Shown: positions 21,379-31,470 of the stretch, piece after piece
Position numbering within the stretch: the stretch's first letter is position 1
How the letters are laid out: each line of letters begins with the position of its first letter
Source of the DNA: Candidatus Tectimicrobiota bacterium
GTDB lineage: Bacteria; JACPUC01
Direction: 5' to 3'
NCBI GenBank assembly: GCA_016192455.1
Contig: JACPUC010000006.1
Coordinates: 1-64,000, forward strand
Length of the DNA stretch: 64,000 nt
Position numbers and translations under genes: made by a program
Notes under the pieces: generated by a model
The model's input: the letters and a program-made list of their open reading frames with translations, nothing else
Databases searched by the model: none
Told to the model about the DNA's origin: nothing

Positions 21379-22689
21379 ATGAGCAGTCGCTTGCTGCAAC
21401 GGCTTGTAGGTTCGAAGCTCCTGGGTTCACAAGGATCGTTGCGGCAGAAAACCGTCGCCGGCAGCCAGTGGCTCATGGCGCGCTCCGCGGTGCTGGGTTT
21501 CACCGATCTGCTGCGGGCGGTCGTCTTCGCGCGCATCCTCTTCCCGGATGATTACGGCCTCATGGCCCTGGCCATGATCCCCATCGGCCTTTTCGAATCC
21601 TTCTCAACCACCGGCATCGACATCCTCATCCAGCGGGACAGCGACGAGTTTCGCCGCAAGCTGGAGAGCTACTGGACCATCAAGCTCGTACGCGGCTTCC
21701 TTCTCACCCTGCTCACCTGGTTCGCGGCGGAGCCGCTCGCCAGCTTATACCAACGACCTGATCTCGTTCCCTTGGTGCGCTTCCTGGCGGTGCGGTTTCT
21801 CATCCTCGGCGGTTGCGGGTTTGGCAAGGAAGTCAGGCAGCGCAGCATGGATTTCGTCAGCGTGGCGGTGGTTGAGTCCGCCAGCTCGGTTGCCGTCCTC
21901 CTCGTCAGCCTCGGGGCGGTGTTCGTGTGGGGAAACTTCTGGGCCCTGGCCATCGTCAGCATGGCCACCGCGGTCAGTCTCCTGGTAAGCTCGTACATCC
22001 TCTACCCCTGGCGGCCGGGACTGCGCCTCGAACGCTCGATCCTCAAGGATGTGGCGGCCTTCAGCGGCAGCCTCGTCATCATGAACCTTTTGAACGCCTT
22101 CTTCTCCTACTTCGATACCGGCGTGGTTGGCAAGCTTCTGGGAGTGGAGGAGCTGGGCTACTACGCCAGAGCCTACTTCCTCGCCTTGATTCCTGTCACC
22201 TACTTCTCAAACGTCGTCGCCCCCATCTTCCTGCCGGTGTTTCGACAGGTCGCCGACGATGCGCCTCGTCTCCGCCGCGCCTTTGGCAAGTCCGCGCTGG
22301 TGATAGGGCTGCTCGTCCTCATCATGGGGGGAGTATTCTTCCTCTTCGCCCGGGAGATCGTGGTGATCGTCTATGGTCGGCGCTGGCTGCCGGTGCTGCC
22401 GGTGTTTCAGGTCCTCCTCATCTTCGGCCTCGGCAAGAGCATCGTGGCCATCTGCCCGTCCATCTTCTTCCTGCGCAACAAGCCGTGGATGATCACCCTC
22501 TCCGCCGCCGTGATGGTTGTGGTCTTCGGCGCCCTCTGCATTCCCCTGACCATGGCCTACCACCTCCTGGGAACGGCGTGGTCGGTGGTCATCGCCTCGC
22601 TCCTCTCCTACGCGCTCTCCTTCGCGCTCGTGGGGTATCTGCTGGCCAGGCCAGCCCAGAGCGGCGCGCAAGGCCGCGAGGCGGCCTGA
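21379..22689 (+). CDS. Wzx-type polysaccharide flippase
   Basis: ARILFPDDYGL, VGKLLG.EELGYY.AY, many TM helices. Confidence 0.88.
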   Translation: MSSRLLQRLVGSKLLGSQGSLRQKTVAGSQWLMARSAVLGFTDLLRAVVFARILFPDDYGLMALAMIPIGLFESFSTTGIDILIQRDSDEFRRKLESYWTIKLVRGFLLTLLTWFAAEPLASLYQRPDLVPLVRFLAVRFLILGGCGFGKEVRQRSMDFVSVAVVESASSVAVLLVSLGAVFVWGNFWALAIVSMATAVSLLVSSYILYPWRPGLRLERSILKDVAAFSGSLVIMNLLNAFFSYFDTGVVGKLLGVEELGYYARAYFLALIPVTYFSNVVAPIFLPVFRQVADDAPRLRRAFGKSALVIGLLVLIMGGVFFLFAREIVVIVYGRRWLPVLPVFQVLLIFGLGKSIVAICPSIFFLRNKPWMITLSAAVMVVVFGALCIPLTMAYHLLGTAWSVVIASLLSYALSFALVGYLLARPAQSGAQGREAA

Positions 22690-22782
22690 GGCCGGCTGCC
22701 GCGGCGCCGCCGGGAGCTCGCCGGAGGCGGGGGTTACCGCGCTGCTGGCGCCGAGCAGGCGCCGGCCTGCACGAGGCCCGCG

Positions 22783-24018
22783 ATGTCCAGGCTGCCAAGG
22801 ATTCTCGTACTTGCCCCCGATCTCCCCTTCCCGGTGCGCGCCGGAGGCCAGATGCGCATGGCATCGTTGCTTCCGGCCATGGCGCGGGTCGCCACCCTGC
22901 GCATCGCCTGCATCGCGCCGGCTGTCCCGCAGGAGACCGCGCAGTGGGTACGCCGTCTGGGGGCCACGATCGCCCACTTCCCGCGCCCGCCGGTCAGAGG
23001 GATGCGGCTCTGGGGCGAGCGGGCGCGCATGCTCGCGACCGGCTCGAACCTGGTCTGGCGCAAGGCCGAGCAACGCTTCTTCGCGGCGCAGCGCCACGAG
23101 GTTGCGCCGCACCTCGTCTGGCTGGAGACGCCCTACCTGCTGCGCTACGCCTTGTCCTGGCGAGCGACCCTGCCGCTGGTCGTCGATTACTGGGGCACCT
23201 CCGGCGGGGCTCGGCGGGACTACCAGCACGCGCGCGGTCTGCGGCGACTCTGGGAGTGGCTGCGTTGGCGGGCCGCCCTTGGCGGCGAGCGTCGCTACGC
23301 ACGCCTGCTCCCCTACCTCGTCACCGTCTCCAGCCTCGATGCCGCCCACTTCCGCGCCCTGACGCCGGAAAGCCGCATCTGGGCCATCCCGAACGGCCGG
23401 TTCGGTGGCGCAGGCGAGGCCGGAGCCGGCGCCTGGGAGCCGCCGCCGAACCCGCAGCAGCTCATCATGACCGGCGACCTCGGCTACCGGCCCAACGTTG
23501 ATGCGGCCCAGTACTTCGCACGGCAGATTCTGCCGCTCATCCAGGCGCGGCGGCCGGAGGCCCGGCTGCGGCTGGTGGGACGCGATCCGCTCCCCGCGGT
23601 GCTGGCGCTGGCGCGTCTCCCCGGCGTCGAGGTGCAGGGGTACGTGCCCGATCTCGCCGCGGCCATCCGGCAGGCGGCGGTGTACATCCTGCCGATGCGC
23701 CTCGGCTCCGGCATCCGCTCGAAGCTCTTCGATGTTTTCCCGCTCGGCAAGCCCATCGTCTCGACGACGGTCGGGGCGGAAGGCCTTGAGCTGGTGCACA
23801 ACCAGAACTGCCTCATCGCCGATACGGCGGAGGAGTTTGCGCGCGCCTGCCTCTACGTGCTGGAGCATGAGGCGGAGCAGCGGCGGCTCGGCGCCCAAGC
23901 GCAGCGCCTGGCCCTTGAGGTTTACTCGCAGGCGAACGTGGAGCGCCTCGTCGCGGCGGCTCTTGGCGAGATGCTGCAGGCTGGCGCCTGCTCCCCCGAG
24001 AGCAGGTGGGGCGTCTGA
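22783..24018 (+). CDS. Glycosyltransferase family 4
   Basis: GDLGYRPNVDA, GYVPDL, PMRLGSGIRSK, STTVGAEGL. Confidence 0.88.
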   Translation: MSRLPRILVLAPDLPFPVRAGGQMRMASLLPAMARVATLRIACIAPAVPQETAQWVRRLGATIAHFPRPPVRGMRLWGERARMLATGSNLVWRKAEQRFFAAQRHEVAPHLVWLETPYLLRYALSWRATLPLVVDYWGTSGGARRDYQHARGLRRLWEWLRWRAALGGERRYARLLPYLVTVSSLDAAHFRALTPESRIWAIPNGRFGGAGEAGAGAWEPPPNPQQLIMTGDLGYRPNVDAAQYFARQILPLIQARRPEARLRLVGRDPLPAVLALARLPGVEVQGYVPDLAAAIRQAAVYILPMRLGSGIRSKLFDVFPLGKPIVSTTVGAEGLELVHNQNCLIADTAEEFARACLYVLEHEAEQRRLGAQAQRLALEVYSQANVERLVAAALGEMLQAGACSPESRWGV

Positions 24019-24089
24019 ACACCTCGGCGCCGGCATTGCGATCTGCGATCTGGTAGCAAAGGCTCCTGCTTGGGGCGATCTCCTTCGTC

Positions 24090-24430
24090 GTGCGCGACCT
24101 GTTTGAGCAGCACCTTGAGAAACACGCGCTGCCCAAGAAGAAACCGAAGAGCGTCTACGAAGACCGGCGCCTGGCGAACCAGCACATCTTGCCGAGGCTG
24201 GGGAGCAGACGGGTGGCCGAGGTAACGCGGGCGGACGTGGCGCAGCTTCATCATTCCTCTCGGAGCGCCGGCGCTGGTGGTGCTGGCGAAGCTGCCGCGC
24301 CTGAAGGGGAGTGACGACGTCTTGCCGGAGGTCAGTGGCGTGCGGAAGTGGTGGGAGCGTTTGCGGGAGCGCGCCGGCCCGGAGGGGGTGCGGCTGCACG
24401 CCCTGCGGCATAGCTTCGCCAGCGGGCGGG
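24090..24430 (+). pseudogene. Tyrosine recombinase/integrase remnant
   Basis: N-terminal piece HILPRLGSRRVAEVTRADVAQLH joined in another frame to RLRERAGPEGVRLHALRHSFAS (box II HxLRH); most of the gene is deleted. Confidence 0.8.
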
Positions 24431-24467
24431 CCGTGTTGCGTGCCGATGAAGAGAAGGAGTGGGCGAG

Positions 24468-25226
24468 ATGGAACGATTTGCTGGGCGCACCGCCGTGGTG
24501 ACGGGGGCCGCATCGGGGATAGGCCGCGCTACCGCCTTGCTGTTGGCGCAGGAGGGGGCCATTGTTATAGCAGGCGACATCAACGCCGAGGGGGTGAACT
24601 CCACCTGCGCCACCATCGAGGCCTCCGGCGGCCAGGCGCTGCCCTGGGAAGTCGACGTGGCGCGGCGCGACCACGTGGAAGCGTTCACCCAGGCAGTGGT
24701 GGATCGGTTCGGCCGGATCGACGTGCTGATGAACATCGCCGGCATTGCACGCCGCGCCAACTTCATCGATTTTGACGAGGCGGTATGGGACCGCATCATG
24801 GACGTGAACCTGAAGGGGGTGCTGCACCTGTCGCGCACGGTGGCGCGGCACATGGTGGAGCGCGGCTACGGGCGCATCGTCAGCATCGCCTCCACCGCTG
24901 GCGAGGTCGTCTATCCCCACCTGGCGCCCGCCTATCACGTCTCGAAAGCTGGCATCATCCAGCTCACCCGTTACATGGCCCAGGAGCTGGCGCCGCACGG
25001 CGTCACCGTCAACGCCATCGGGCCGGGCATCATCGCCACGCCCAACACCGAGCCGTCGATCAGCGATCCGGAGTACGTGAAGACGGCCATGGCGCGCATC
25101 CCGATGAAGCGCTGGGGACAGCCGGAGGACGTGGCCTACGTGGCCCTCTTCCTGGCCTCGGATCACGCTGCCTACGTGACCGGACAGACGCTCTTCGTCG
25201 ATGGCGGCATGCTGACGCTCTTTTGA
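24468..25226 (+). CDS. SDR family oxidoreductase
   Basis: TGAASGIG, NIAG, YHVSK, VDGG; AAGGAG RBS. Confidence 0.9.
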   Translation: MERFAGRTAVVTGAASGIGRATALLLAQEGAIVIAGDINAEGVNSTCATIEASGGQALPWEVDVARRDHVEAFTQAVVDRFGRIDVLMNIAGIARRANFIDFDEAVWDRIMDVNLKGVLHLSRTVARHMVERGYGRIVSIASTAGEVVYPHLAPAYHVSKAGIIQLTRYMAQELAPHGVTVNAIGPGIIATPNTEPSISDPEYVKTAMARIPMKRWGQPEDVAYVALFLASDHAAYVTGQTLFVDGGMLTLF

Positions 25227-25284
25227 TCCGGCAGGCGGCGGCACCGTCGCGCTGCGCCCACCTTCCCCGCACGAGGAGACAGGC

Positions 25285-25788
25285 ATGACGCCAGCAACCG
25301 CGAAGGTTATCATTGAGGGCTTGAAGCAGGCCGGCATCAACTTCGTCACCACCCTGCCGGAGTTCAACCTGCAACCGCTGGTGCAGGCGATCCACGACGA
25401 TGCGGAGATCATTCACGTTCCCGTCTGCCGCGAGGAGGAGGGCCTCGGCATCTGCGCCGGCGCCTACCTTGGCGGCAAGCAGGCAGCCATGGTGCTCATG
25501 AACACCGGCTTCCTGCTGTCGGCGAACATCCTCACCACCCTCCACTACCACACGCAGATTCCCGTGCTCATGCTCATCGGCTACTCGGGTGGCATGGGCG
25601 AGCCCTACCCGGCCCATACCTCGCTCGCCAAGGTCACCGAGCCGGTGTTGCGCGCCCTTGACATTCCGTACGAGCTGGTGGGCCGCGTCGACGCCATGCC
25701 GAAAGCGATAAGGTACGCGCAGGTGCAGGCCCGGAGCTCGCGACAGCCGGCGGCCATCCTCATGTACCAGGATGTCCTCTTTACCTGA
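25285..25788 (+). CDS. TPP-dependent decarboxylase alpha subunit (sulfopyruvate decarboxylase ComD-like)
   Basis: GINFVTTLP, VCREEEGLGICAGAYLGG, IPVLMLIGY. Confidence 0.8.
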   Translation: MTPATAKVIIEGLKQAGINFVTTLPEFNLQPLVQAIHDDAEIIHVPVCREEEGLGICAGAYLGGKQAAMVLMNTGFLLSANILTTLHYHTQIPVLMLIGYSGGMGEPYPAHTSLAKVTEPVLRALDIPYELVGRVDAMPKAIRYAQVQARSSRQPAAILMYQDVLFT

Positions 25789-25836
25789 GTCCTGAATCGC
25801 ACCAGCGAAAAGCGCCGAACGGCGAAAGGAGCGGTG

Positions 25837-26436
25837 ATGAAACGGTATGATTGCGTGAAGGTCTTGGCGTCGGAGGTTTCGGAGGACACTCTGGCGGTGG
25901 TGACGATCGGCGGGCTGCGCCACGAGTGGCACCATGCCCGGCCGAGTCCGGCCAACTTCTTCATGAACAACATGGGCGGGGCGTCATCGGTTGGCCTTGG
26001 GCTGGCGCTGGCGCTGCCGCACCGCAAGGTGGTGGTGGTGGACGGCGACGGGGCGCTGCTGCTCAACCTCGGCATGCTGGCGACCATCGCCACGCAGGCG
26101 CCGCCCAACCTGGTCCACGTGGTCTTCGATAACCAGGTCTACGACTCCACCGCCCGCGTGCCCACCGCCACGGCCCACGGCGTCGATCTCGCCGGCATGG
26201 CGGCTAGCGCTGGTATCGCCAAGAGCTTCCGCGTCACCGACCTCGAAGGCTTCAAGGAACGCTGCCACCAGGCACTGCAGACCAACGCCACCACCTTCCT
26301 CTGCGCCAAGGTGGAGCCGGGCACCGCCGATGTCCCCGACCTCCCCGTCGATCACGTGGAGGTGAAGTTGCGTTTCGTGCGCTACCTCGAGAAGACGGAA
26401 AAGCTCTCCATCCACGGCCTGCCGCCATTGGAGTAG
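25837..26436 (+). CDS. TPP-dependent decarboxylase beta subunit (ComE-like)
   Basis: MGGASSVGLGLALA, DGDGALLLNLG, VFDNQVY (GDG...N TPP motif). Confidence 0.82.
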   Translation: MKRYDCVKVLASEVSEDTLAVVTIGGLRHEWHHARPSPANFFMNNMGGASSVGLGLALALPHRKVVVVDGDGALLLNLGMLATIATQAPPNLVHVVFDNQVYDSTARVPTATAHGVDLAGMAASAGIAKSFRVTDLEGFKERCHQALQTNATTFLCAKVEPGTADVPDLPVDHVEVKLRFVRYLEKTEKLSIHGLPPLE

Positions 26437-26454
26437 GCGAGCAGTGGCGGTTGC

Positions 26455-26570
26455 TTACTTTGCCGGAGCGAAGCCCGGGGATCGCTCGCTGGCGTAGCGG
26501 CCGTGGCAGGTGGTGCAGGTCGGCAGCATCTCTCCGAAGAGCCGCACCAGGAGGAACTGATCATGGTTGC
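26455..26570 (-). pseudogene. Possible c-type cytochrome C-terminal remnant
   Basis: LFGEMLPTCTTCHGRYASERSPGF with CxxCH; no credible start; adjoins the IS256 remnant. Confidence 0.3.
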
Positions 26571-26689
26571 GGGCCGGAGGAGAAAAGCGCGCTGACGTGG
26601 TGCTGGCCGCCGATGGTGGCCGCGACTGCCGGTGGGCGCTGACGGCGGCGGAGGTCGCGGCGCTGGGATTCGGCTTCGAGGCACCGGGC

Positions 26690-27566
26690 TGAGCCGAGAG
26701 CTTGCACGCCTCAGGCGCCACGCTCAGCCGCGAGGTGGCGACCTTCCAGCAGTGCGCCCTGGCGGACCCACTACCGCTATGTGCCGCTCGACGGCGTGGT
26801 GTCGAAGGTGCGCGGCGCCGTGGGTGTCCAGCGCAAGGTGGTCTTTCCTGCCTGTGCGTCGCAGGCAGACAAGTGCGCCCTAGGGATCAGCGCGGAGGGA
26901 CGGCGCGAGCTCCTCGCCCTGCGGGTTGCCGAGGCCGGGAGCGAGGCCGCCTGGATGGCGCTCCTCAACGACCTTTGCAGCCGCGGCCTGCGGGGACGGG
27001 CCTTGCGCCTCATCGTCACCGACGGCTGCCCCGGCCTGAAAGCCACCCTGGAGAGGGTTAACTCCTTCGCCGCTTCTCAGCGTGCTGGTTCAATGCCGTG
27101 CAGAACGTCCTCGCCAAGGTCCGCAGGCGCGATCAGGAGGCGGTCCTGAAGGGAGCCCGCGCCATCTCCGGGCCCCCGTGCGACGCGCCGCCCTGTCTGC
27201 CGACAGGCAGGCGTGGGCGCCATTTGGGCCTGCGCTTGGCGCGGCGCTTACCCCGAGTCCGCGCAGTGCCTGGAAAAGGACCTGGACGCCCTGCTGGCGC
27301 ACTGCTGCGAGCCGCCCGCCTTGCGGCCCACGCCCTGGACCACCAACCCCATCGAGCGCTGCTTCCGCGAGGTGCGCCGCCCTGTCTACCCGCCAGGCAG
27401 GCGCACTCGCCCCCTGTCTGCCGACAGGCAGGGATGGGGGGCTTCAACGACCAGGCCTCCCTGAAGCGCATCATCTACAGCGTCGTGCATCGCTTCAACG
27501 CCCAGTGGAAGAAACGGGAGCACCGCCCTTTACAAAGGCGTTTCTCCAAAAAACTCTTGACAGTCC
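26690..27566 (+). mobile_element. Degenerate IS256-family transposase with probable right inverted repeat
   Basis: YRYVPLDGV, GISAEGRRELL, LIVTDGCPGL, NVLAKV, TTNPIERCFREVRR, MGGFND; frameshifts; ends at CCAAAAAACTCTTGACAGTC. Confidence 0.85.
26847..27432. repeat. Four 20-27 bp palindromic mini-inserts (CCTGYCTG...CAGGCAGG type)
   Basis: 26847-26873, 27192-27211, 27381-27401, 27413-27432; a related copy at 43864-43884. Confidence 0.85.
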
Positions 27567-27584
27567 CGCAGGACGCCAACGTGC

Positions 27585-27614
27585 TTGCTATTCGTCAATG
27601 GTCTCAACTAGAAT
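27585..27614 (+). promoter_or_regulatory. Candidate sigma70 promoter
   Basis: TTGCTA-N18-TAGAAT upstream of the binding-protein gene. Confidence 0.4.
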
Positions 27615-27666
27615 GAGCTACTTTCCTAGAAAAGGACCGCGGGAATGACCAGAGGGAGGGAATGAA

Positions 27667-28686
27667 ATGCCTCGGCAACATACTCCGTACCTTAGCCTGT
27701 ATCGCGGACTTGCCTGGCTCACGCTGGTCCTGTTGCTGGCGATGGGGGATCGCCCGGCGGTGGCGCAGCCGTCCCAGGTGAACATGGGTATCCAGCCATT
27801 CATCTCGTACGTCCCCATTTTCGTAGCGCTCGACCAGGGGATGTTCGGGGAGCAGGGACTCGAGGTGAAAACCGAGACGTTCGCCTCGTCGCAGAAGATG
27901 ACCCCCGGGATTGCCTCGGGACAGCTCGATGTGGTTGGGGGAGCCCTGAGCGCCGCCTTCTATAACAGCATCGCCACGGGCCTGAAGATGAAGATCGTGG
28001 CCGACAAGGGACGCTGGTCAAAAGGTCACAGCATCACCCAGTTCCTCGTGCGCCGCGATCTCTACGAGAACGGGACGATCAAGTCAGTCGCCGACCTGAT
28101 TGGACGCAAGATTGTCAACAACTCCCCGTTGACCGGCCCCGTTTACTTACTCGCCATAGCACTCAAGCGTGCCGGCGGAGCGTACGATCATTCGAAAATC
28201 AGCTACATGGAGGTTCCCAAGATTTACCAGGGGTTGAAGAGCAAGGCGATCGAGGTGGGAACGTGCGTCGAACCATGGTGCTCACGGGCCGTGAGCGACG
28301 GCACGGCGGTCTCCCTGATAAAAGGAGAGGATTATCCTGAAACGCTGGACTTCCAGGTCGCCTACGTCATCTTTACCGACAAGTTCATCAGCGAGAAGCG
28401 CGAGACGGCGCAACGCTTCATGAACGCCTACGTGCGCGCGGTGCAGTTCTACCACGAGAAGGGCGAGCAAAGCGACCTCATCGCGCAGATCGTCAGCAAG
28501 CACACAAAGATTCCTCCTGCCATCGTCAAGGCCGCGGCGCCTACCGGCATCGCCCCGGATGCCATGCCGAATATCAAGAGCGTGGCCGATTTCCAGGATT
28601 GGCTCTACGAGCAAGGGTTCGTGAAGCAGAAGCTCGAGATCAATGGCCTCTGGGATCCGAGCTTCGTCAAGAACGCGACGAAGTAA
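27667..28686 (+). CDS. ABC transporter substrate-binding protein, NitT/TauT (SsuA/TauA-like)
   Basis: Signal peptide; QPFISYVPIFVALDQG.F..GL, SGQLDV, KIVADKG, VEPW. Confidence 0.85.
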   Translation: MPRQHTPYLSLYRGLAWLTLVLLLAMGDRPAVAQPSQVNMGIQPFISYVPIFVALDQGMFGEQGLEVKTETFASSQKMTPGIASGQLDVVGGALSAAFYNSIATGLKMKIVADKGRWSKGHSITQFLVRRDLYENGTIKSVADLIGRKIVNNSPLTGPVYLLAIALKRAGGAYDHSKISYMEVPKIYQGLKSKAIEVGTCVEPWCSRAVSDGTAVSLIKGEDYPETLDFQVAYVIFTDKFISEKRETAQRFMNAYVRAVQFYHEKGEQSDLIAQIVSKHTKIPPAIVKAAAPTGIAPDAMPNIKSVADFQDWLYEQGFVKQKLEINGLWDPSFVKNATK

Positions 28687-28821
28687 TCGCCCCGAGCGTG
28701 ATACCCCTTCGCTCGCTCGCCAGGCACTTCGTGTCTTGGTGTCAGCTCTGCTCCGCCCGCGGAGGTCAGTGCATCCCCGCCACGTGGCTCCTGTGCCGTT
28801 CAATGGAAGGAATGCGCAACG

Positions 28822-30270
28822 ATGGGCTACCACGACATCCGAGAGTTCATCAGCGTGCTCGAGGCCCATGGCAAGCTGCGGCATGTGAAGAAAGAGGTCG
28901 ATCCGAGCTGGGAGATCGCCGGCATGGCGCGCTGGGTGTACCAGGGCTTCCCCGAAGAGCGGCGCTTCGCGCTCGTGTTCGACAACGTGAAAGACTCGTC
29001 GATCCCTGTCGCCACCGCCCTCATCGGCGCCTCTCGCGAGGTGTATGCGCTGGCGCTGGGAACCACGCCGGAGAAGATCCATGAGGTGTGGCTGCAGGCG
29101 TTGCGACACACCATCCCCCCGCGCCTCGTGAGATCTGGCCCCTGCCAGGAGGTCGTCATTGGCCGAGAAAAGGTGGACCTCTCCGCCCTGCCGGTGCCGA
29201 CCTGGACGCCCGGCAAGGACATGCGACCCTGTATCACGGCCGTCGTCATCACCAAGAATCACGATACCGGCGTGCAGAATATGGGGACCTACCGCTGTCA
29301 GGTGCAGTCCAAGGACACCGTTACCTTGAACACGATGCCAGGCCGGCAAGCCTATCAGAACTACGAATCGTACGCTCGGCACGGCAAGCCGGCGCCGCTG
29401 GCCGTGGCCATCGCCTGCGAACCTGTCGTTCACCTGGCGACGTCCGCGGCGCTGCCGAAGGGGATCGACGAGCTCCACCTGGCTGGGGCGCTGAAAGGAG
29501 CCGCCGTCGCCACGGTGCGCGCCATGACGGTCGATCTCCAGGTTCCCGCCAACGCCGAAATCATAGTCGAGGGCGAGTTACAGCCGTCGAAGACCATGCA
29601 AGAAGACTCCTTCGGGGAGTTTGCCGGCTACATGGGGCCGGGTGGGCAGAAGCCGTTCTTCCAGGTGGCGAGCATGACGCATCGCTCGAACCCCATTTAT
29701 TATGGCTACATCAGCCAGTTCCCGCCGAGCGAGAGCACAATGATTCAGGGGAACGCCAACGAGTGCATGGTGCATAAGCTTCTGGTCGATGACTTTGGCG
29801 AGACGACCGTTGTCGATGTGGCGATCAACCAGACACATGGCGGCAACCTCGGCCATGCGGTGGTGCAGATGACGCCGATCTACCCGCAGCACGCGATGCA
29901 CGTAGGACGACTCGTGGCTGAACTCACCCGCTTCAAGATGATCACCATCGTCGATTGTGACATCGACATCCGTGACCGGCAGCATCTGGACTGGGCATGG
30001 AACTCGCGGGTCAATCCGGCCAGGGATACGCTGGTGATCGAGAAGGTGTTCGTGCCAAACGACCCCGCGGCGGACCGCGGCATCACCTCGAAGCTCATCA
30101 TCGACGCCACGCACAAGGGCACCTTCCCCGATCTCTCCCTGCCCGCGAAGGAGGTGATGCTGCGCGCCTATGAGAGCTGGCAGGAGGCCGATCTGCCGGC
30201 CTTCAATCTCCCCAGCCGCGTTGAACGCCTCCTCGACTTTCATGCGCAACGTATGCAGGGTCAAACGTGA
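28822..30270 (+). CDS. UbiD-family (prFMN-dependent) decarboxylase
   Basis: DIREFISVLEAHGKL..V..EVD, DL..LPVP, NMGTYR, VPANAEIIVEG, EDSFGEFAGY, VDCDIDI, SKLIIDAT. Confidence 0.92.
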   Translation: MGYHDIREFISVLEAHGKLRHVKKEVDPSWEIAGMARWVYQGFPEERRFALVFDNVKDSSIPVATALIGASREVYALALGTTPEKIHEVWLQALRHTIPPRLVRSGPCQEVVIGREKVDLSALPVPTWTPGKDMRPCITAVVITKNHDTGVQNMGTYRCQVQSKDTVTLNTMPGRQAYQNYESYARHGKPAPLAVAIACEPVVHLATSAALPKGIDELHLAGALKGAAVATVRAMTVDLQVPANAEIIVEGELQPSKTMQEDSFGEFAGYMGPGGQKPFFQVASMTHRSNPIYYGYISQFPPSESTMIQGNANECMVHKLLVDDFGETTVVDVAINQTHGGNLGHAVVQMTPIYPQHAMHVGRLVAELTRFKMITIVDCDIDIRDRQHLDWAWNSRVNPARDTLVIEKVFVPNDPAADRGITSKLIIDATHKGTFPDLSLPAKEVMLRAYESWQEADLPAFNLPSRVERLLDFHAQRMQGQT

Positions 30271-30404
30271 ACCAGCCGTTCGATTCACGGAGGACCGCCC
30301 GGCCCCCCCCTCCGGCGCGCCGGGGAGTCCGGCATCGCTGCCGGTCTTATGCTGAGCCTCTACGCTCGGAGCCAGGTGGCGAGAGCAGCAAGGGGAGGAT
30401 TGCC

Positions 30405-30998
30405 ATGGCCTACATCAGGGTCATTGATGAGCACGAGGCCAGCGGAGAGCTTGACCTCGTCTATCAGAAGTATCGGGACCAGTACGGCGTGGTGCCGGAA
30501 ATCCGCAAGGTCCTCTCCCTCAAGCCGGGCTTTGTCACGCTCTACGATGCCTGGGTGCACAGCATCACCTTCGGCGGCTCGCGCTTGGGCCGCTACCGGG
30601 AAGAGTTGATCGCCGTGCTCGGCTCCTCGCTCAATAAGAGCAGCCACTGAACGGTCGCCCACGGAGAGTTTCTCCGTCAGACCCTGGGAGGCGACCAGGA
30701 GCAGGTTCTACGCATCCACGCGGATTACCGTGCCGCGGGGCTGGCGCCGGCCGATGTGGCGATGCTTGATTTCGCGCAGAAGGTCCTGGTGGCATCTCAT
30801 ACGATCGAGGAGGAGGACGTCCGAGCGCTGCGCCAGCATGGCTTCACCGACGAGGAGATCCTTGATATCACCTTGATCGCCGCTCAGCGTGCCTTCATCA
30901 GCCGCGTGGCGAATGCGCTTGGCGTGCCCATCGAACCGCGGAATCAGCATCTGGACGAGGAGTTCCTCAAGGCACTGAAGGTTGGCAAGCCGTGGTAG
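30405..30998 (+). CDS. AhpD/CMD-like peroxidase-related protein, probable selenoprotein (UGA at 30648-30650 read as Sec)
   Basis: GGAGG RBS; two in-frame ORF halves separated only by TGA at the redox motif (EELIAVLGSSLNKSSHU TVAH); C-terminal half LRQHGFTDEEILDI..AA..F.SRVANALG; hairpin immediately downstream. Confidence 0.85.
30653..30683 (+). promoter_or_regulatory. Bacterial SECIS-like stem-loop
   Basis: ACGGAGA-GTT-TCTCCGT perfect 7-bp hairpin (30661-30677) starting 10 nt after the UGA, G first in loop, lower stem GGTC/GACC. Confidence 0.75.
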
Positions 30999-31470
30999 GC
31001 GCCGAACATGCCGGTGGACCGGTTTCGCAGCGTCGTGCGAAGAGCGGCAGCCGGGAAGCGAGCCCCATGGCCTCTGGGGGTCTGCCGTCTGCGCGGAGGG
31101 GTGACGGGGTCAGAGCATAGGGCAGCGGCGCGACACGGGTTGGTCGCACCCGGCGGCTGGGATGGGGTCCGTCTGGCGCTTCAAGCGGTGTGCCGGCCCA
31201 TTCCGAGCAAGATGCCTTGACGCAGGAAGGTCCTTGGGGATAGGGTTCCGGATATGAAGACGGCTGCCTCGGTCAACGAGCGGTATCCGGAGGCGCACCG
31301 TTGTGGGGCGGGGGTCTTGCCTGGGGTGGCCTCGGGCTGACGAGCGAGGAGACCACCTCGGCGATGCAGCCGCTCGTTGGAGCGAGGAGAGATGTTACGT
31401 GGGACGGCGTGCACGAGCGGCAGGTGATCGTGTCGTGCCGAAGGGGTGGCGGAGAAGGGGGGATGGCACC

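Noticed and set aside
24019-24090. att-site duplicate of the tRNA-Gly 3' end at the left island border
   Set aside because: No matching sequence found
27557-27562. IS256-end TTGACA acting as a hybrid promoter -35
   Set aside because: No acceptable -10 at 16-18 bp; a separate TTGCTA/TAGAAT pair fits better
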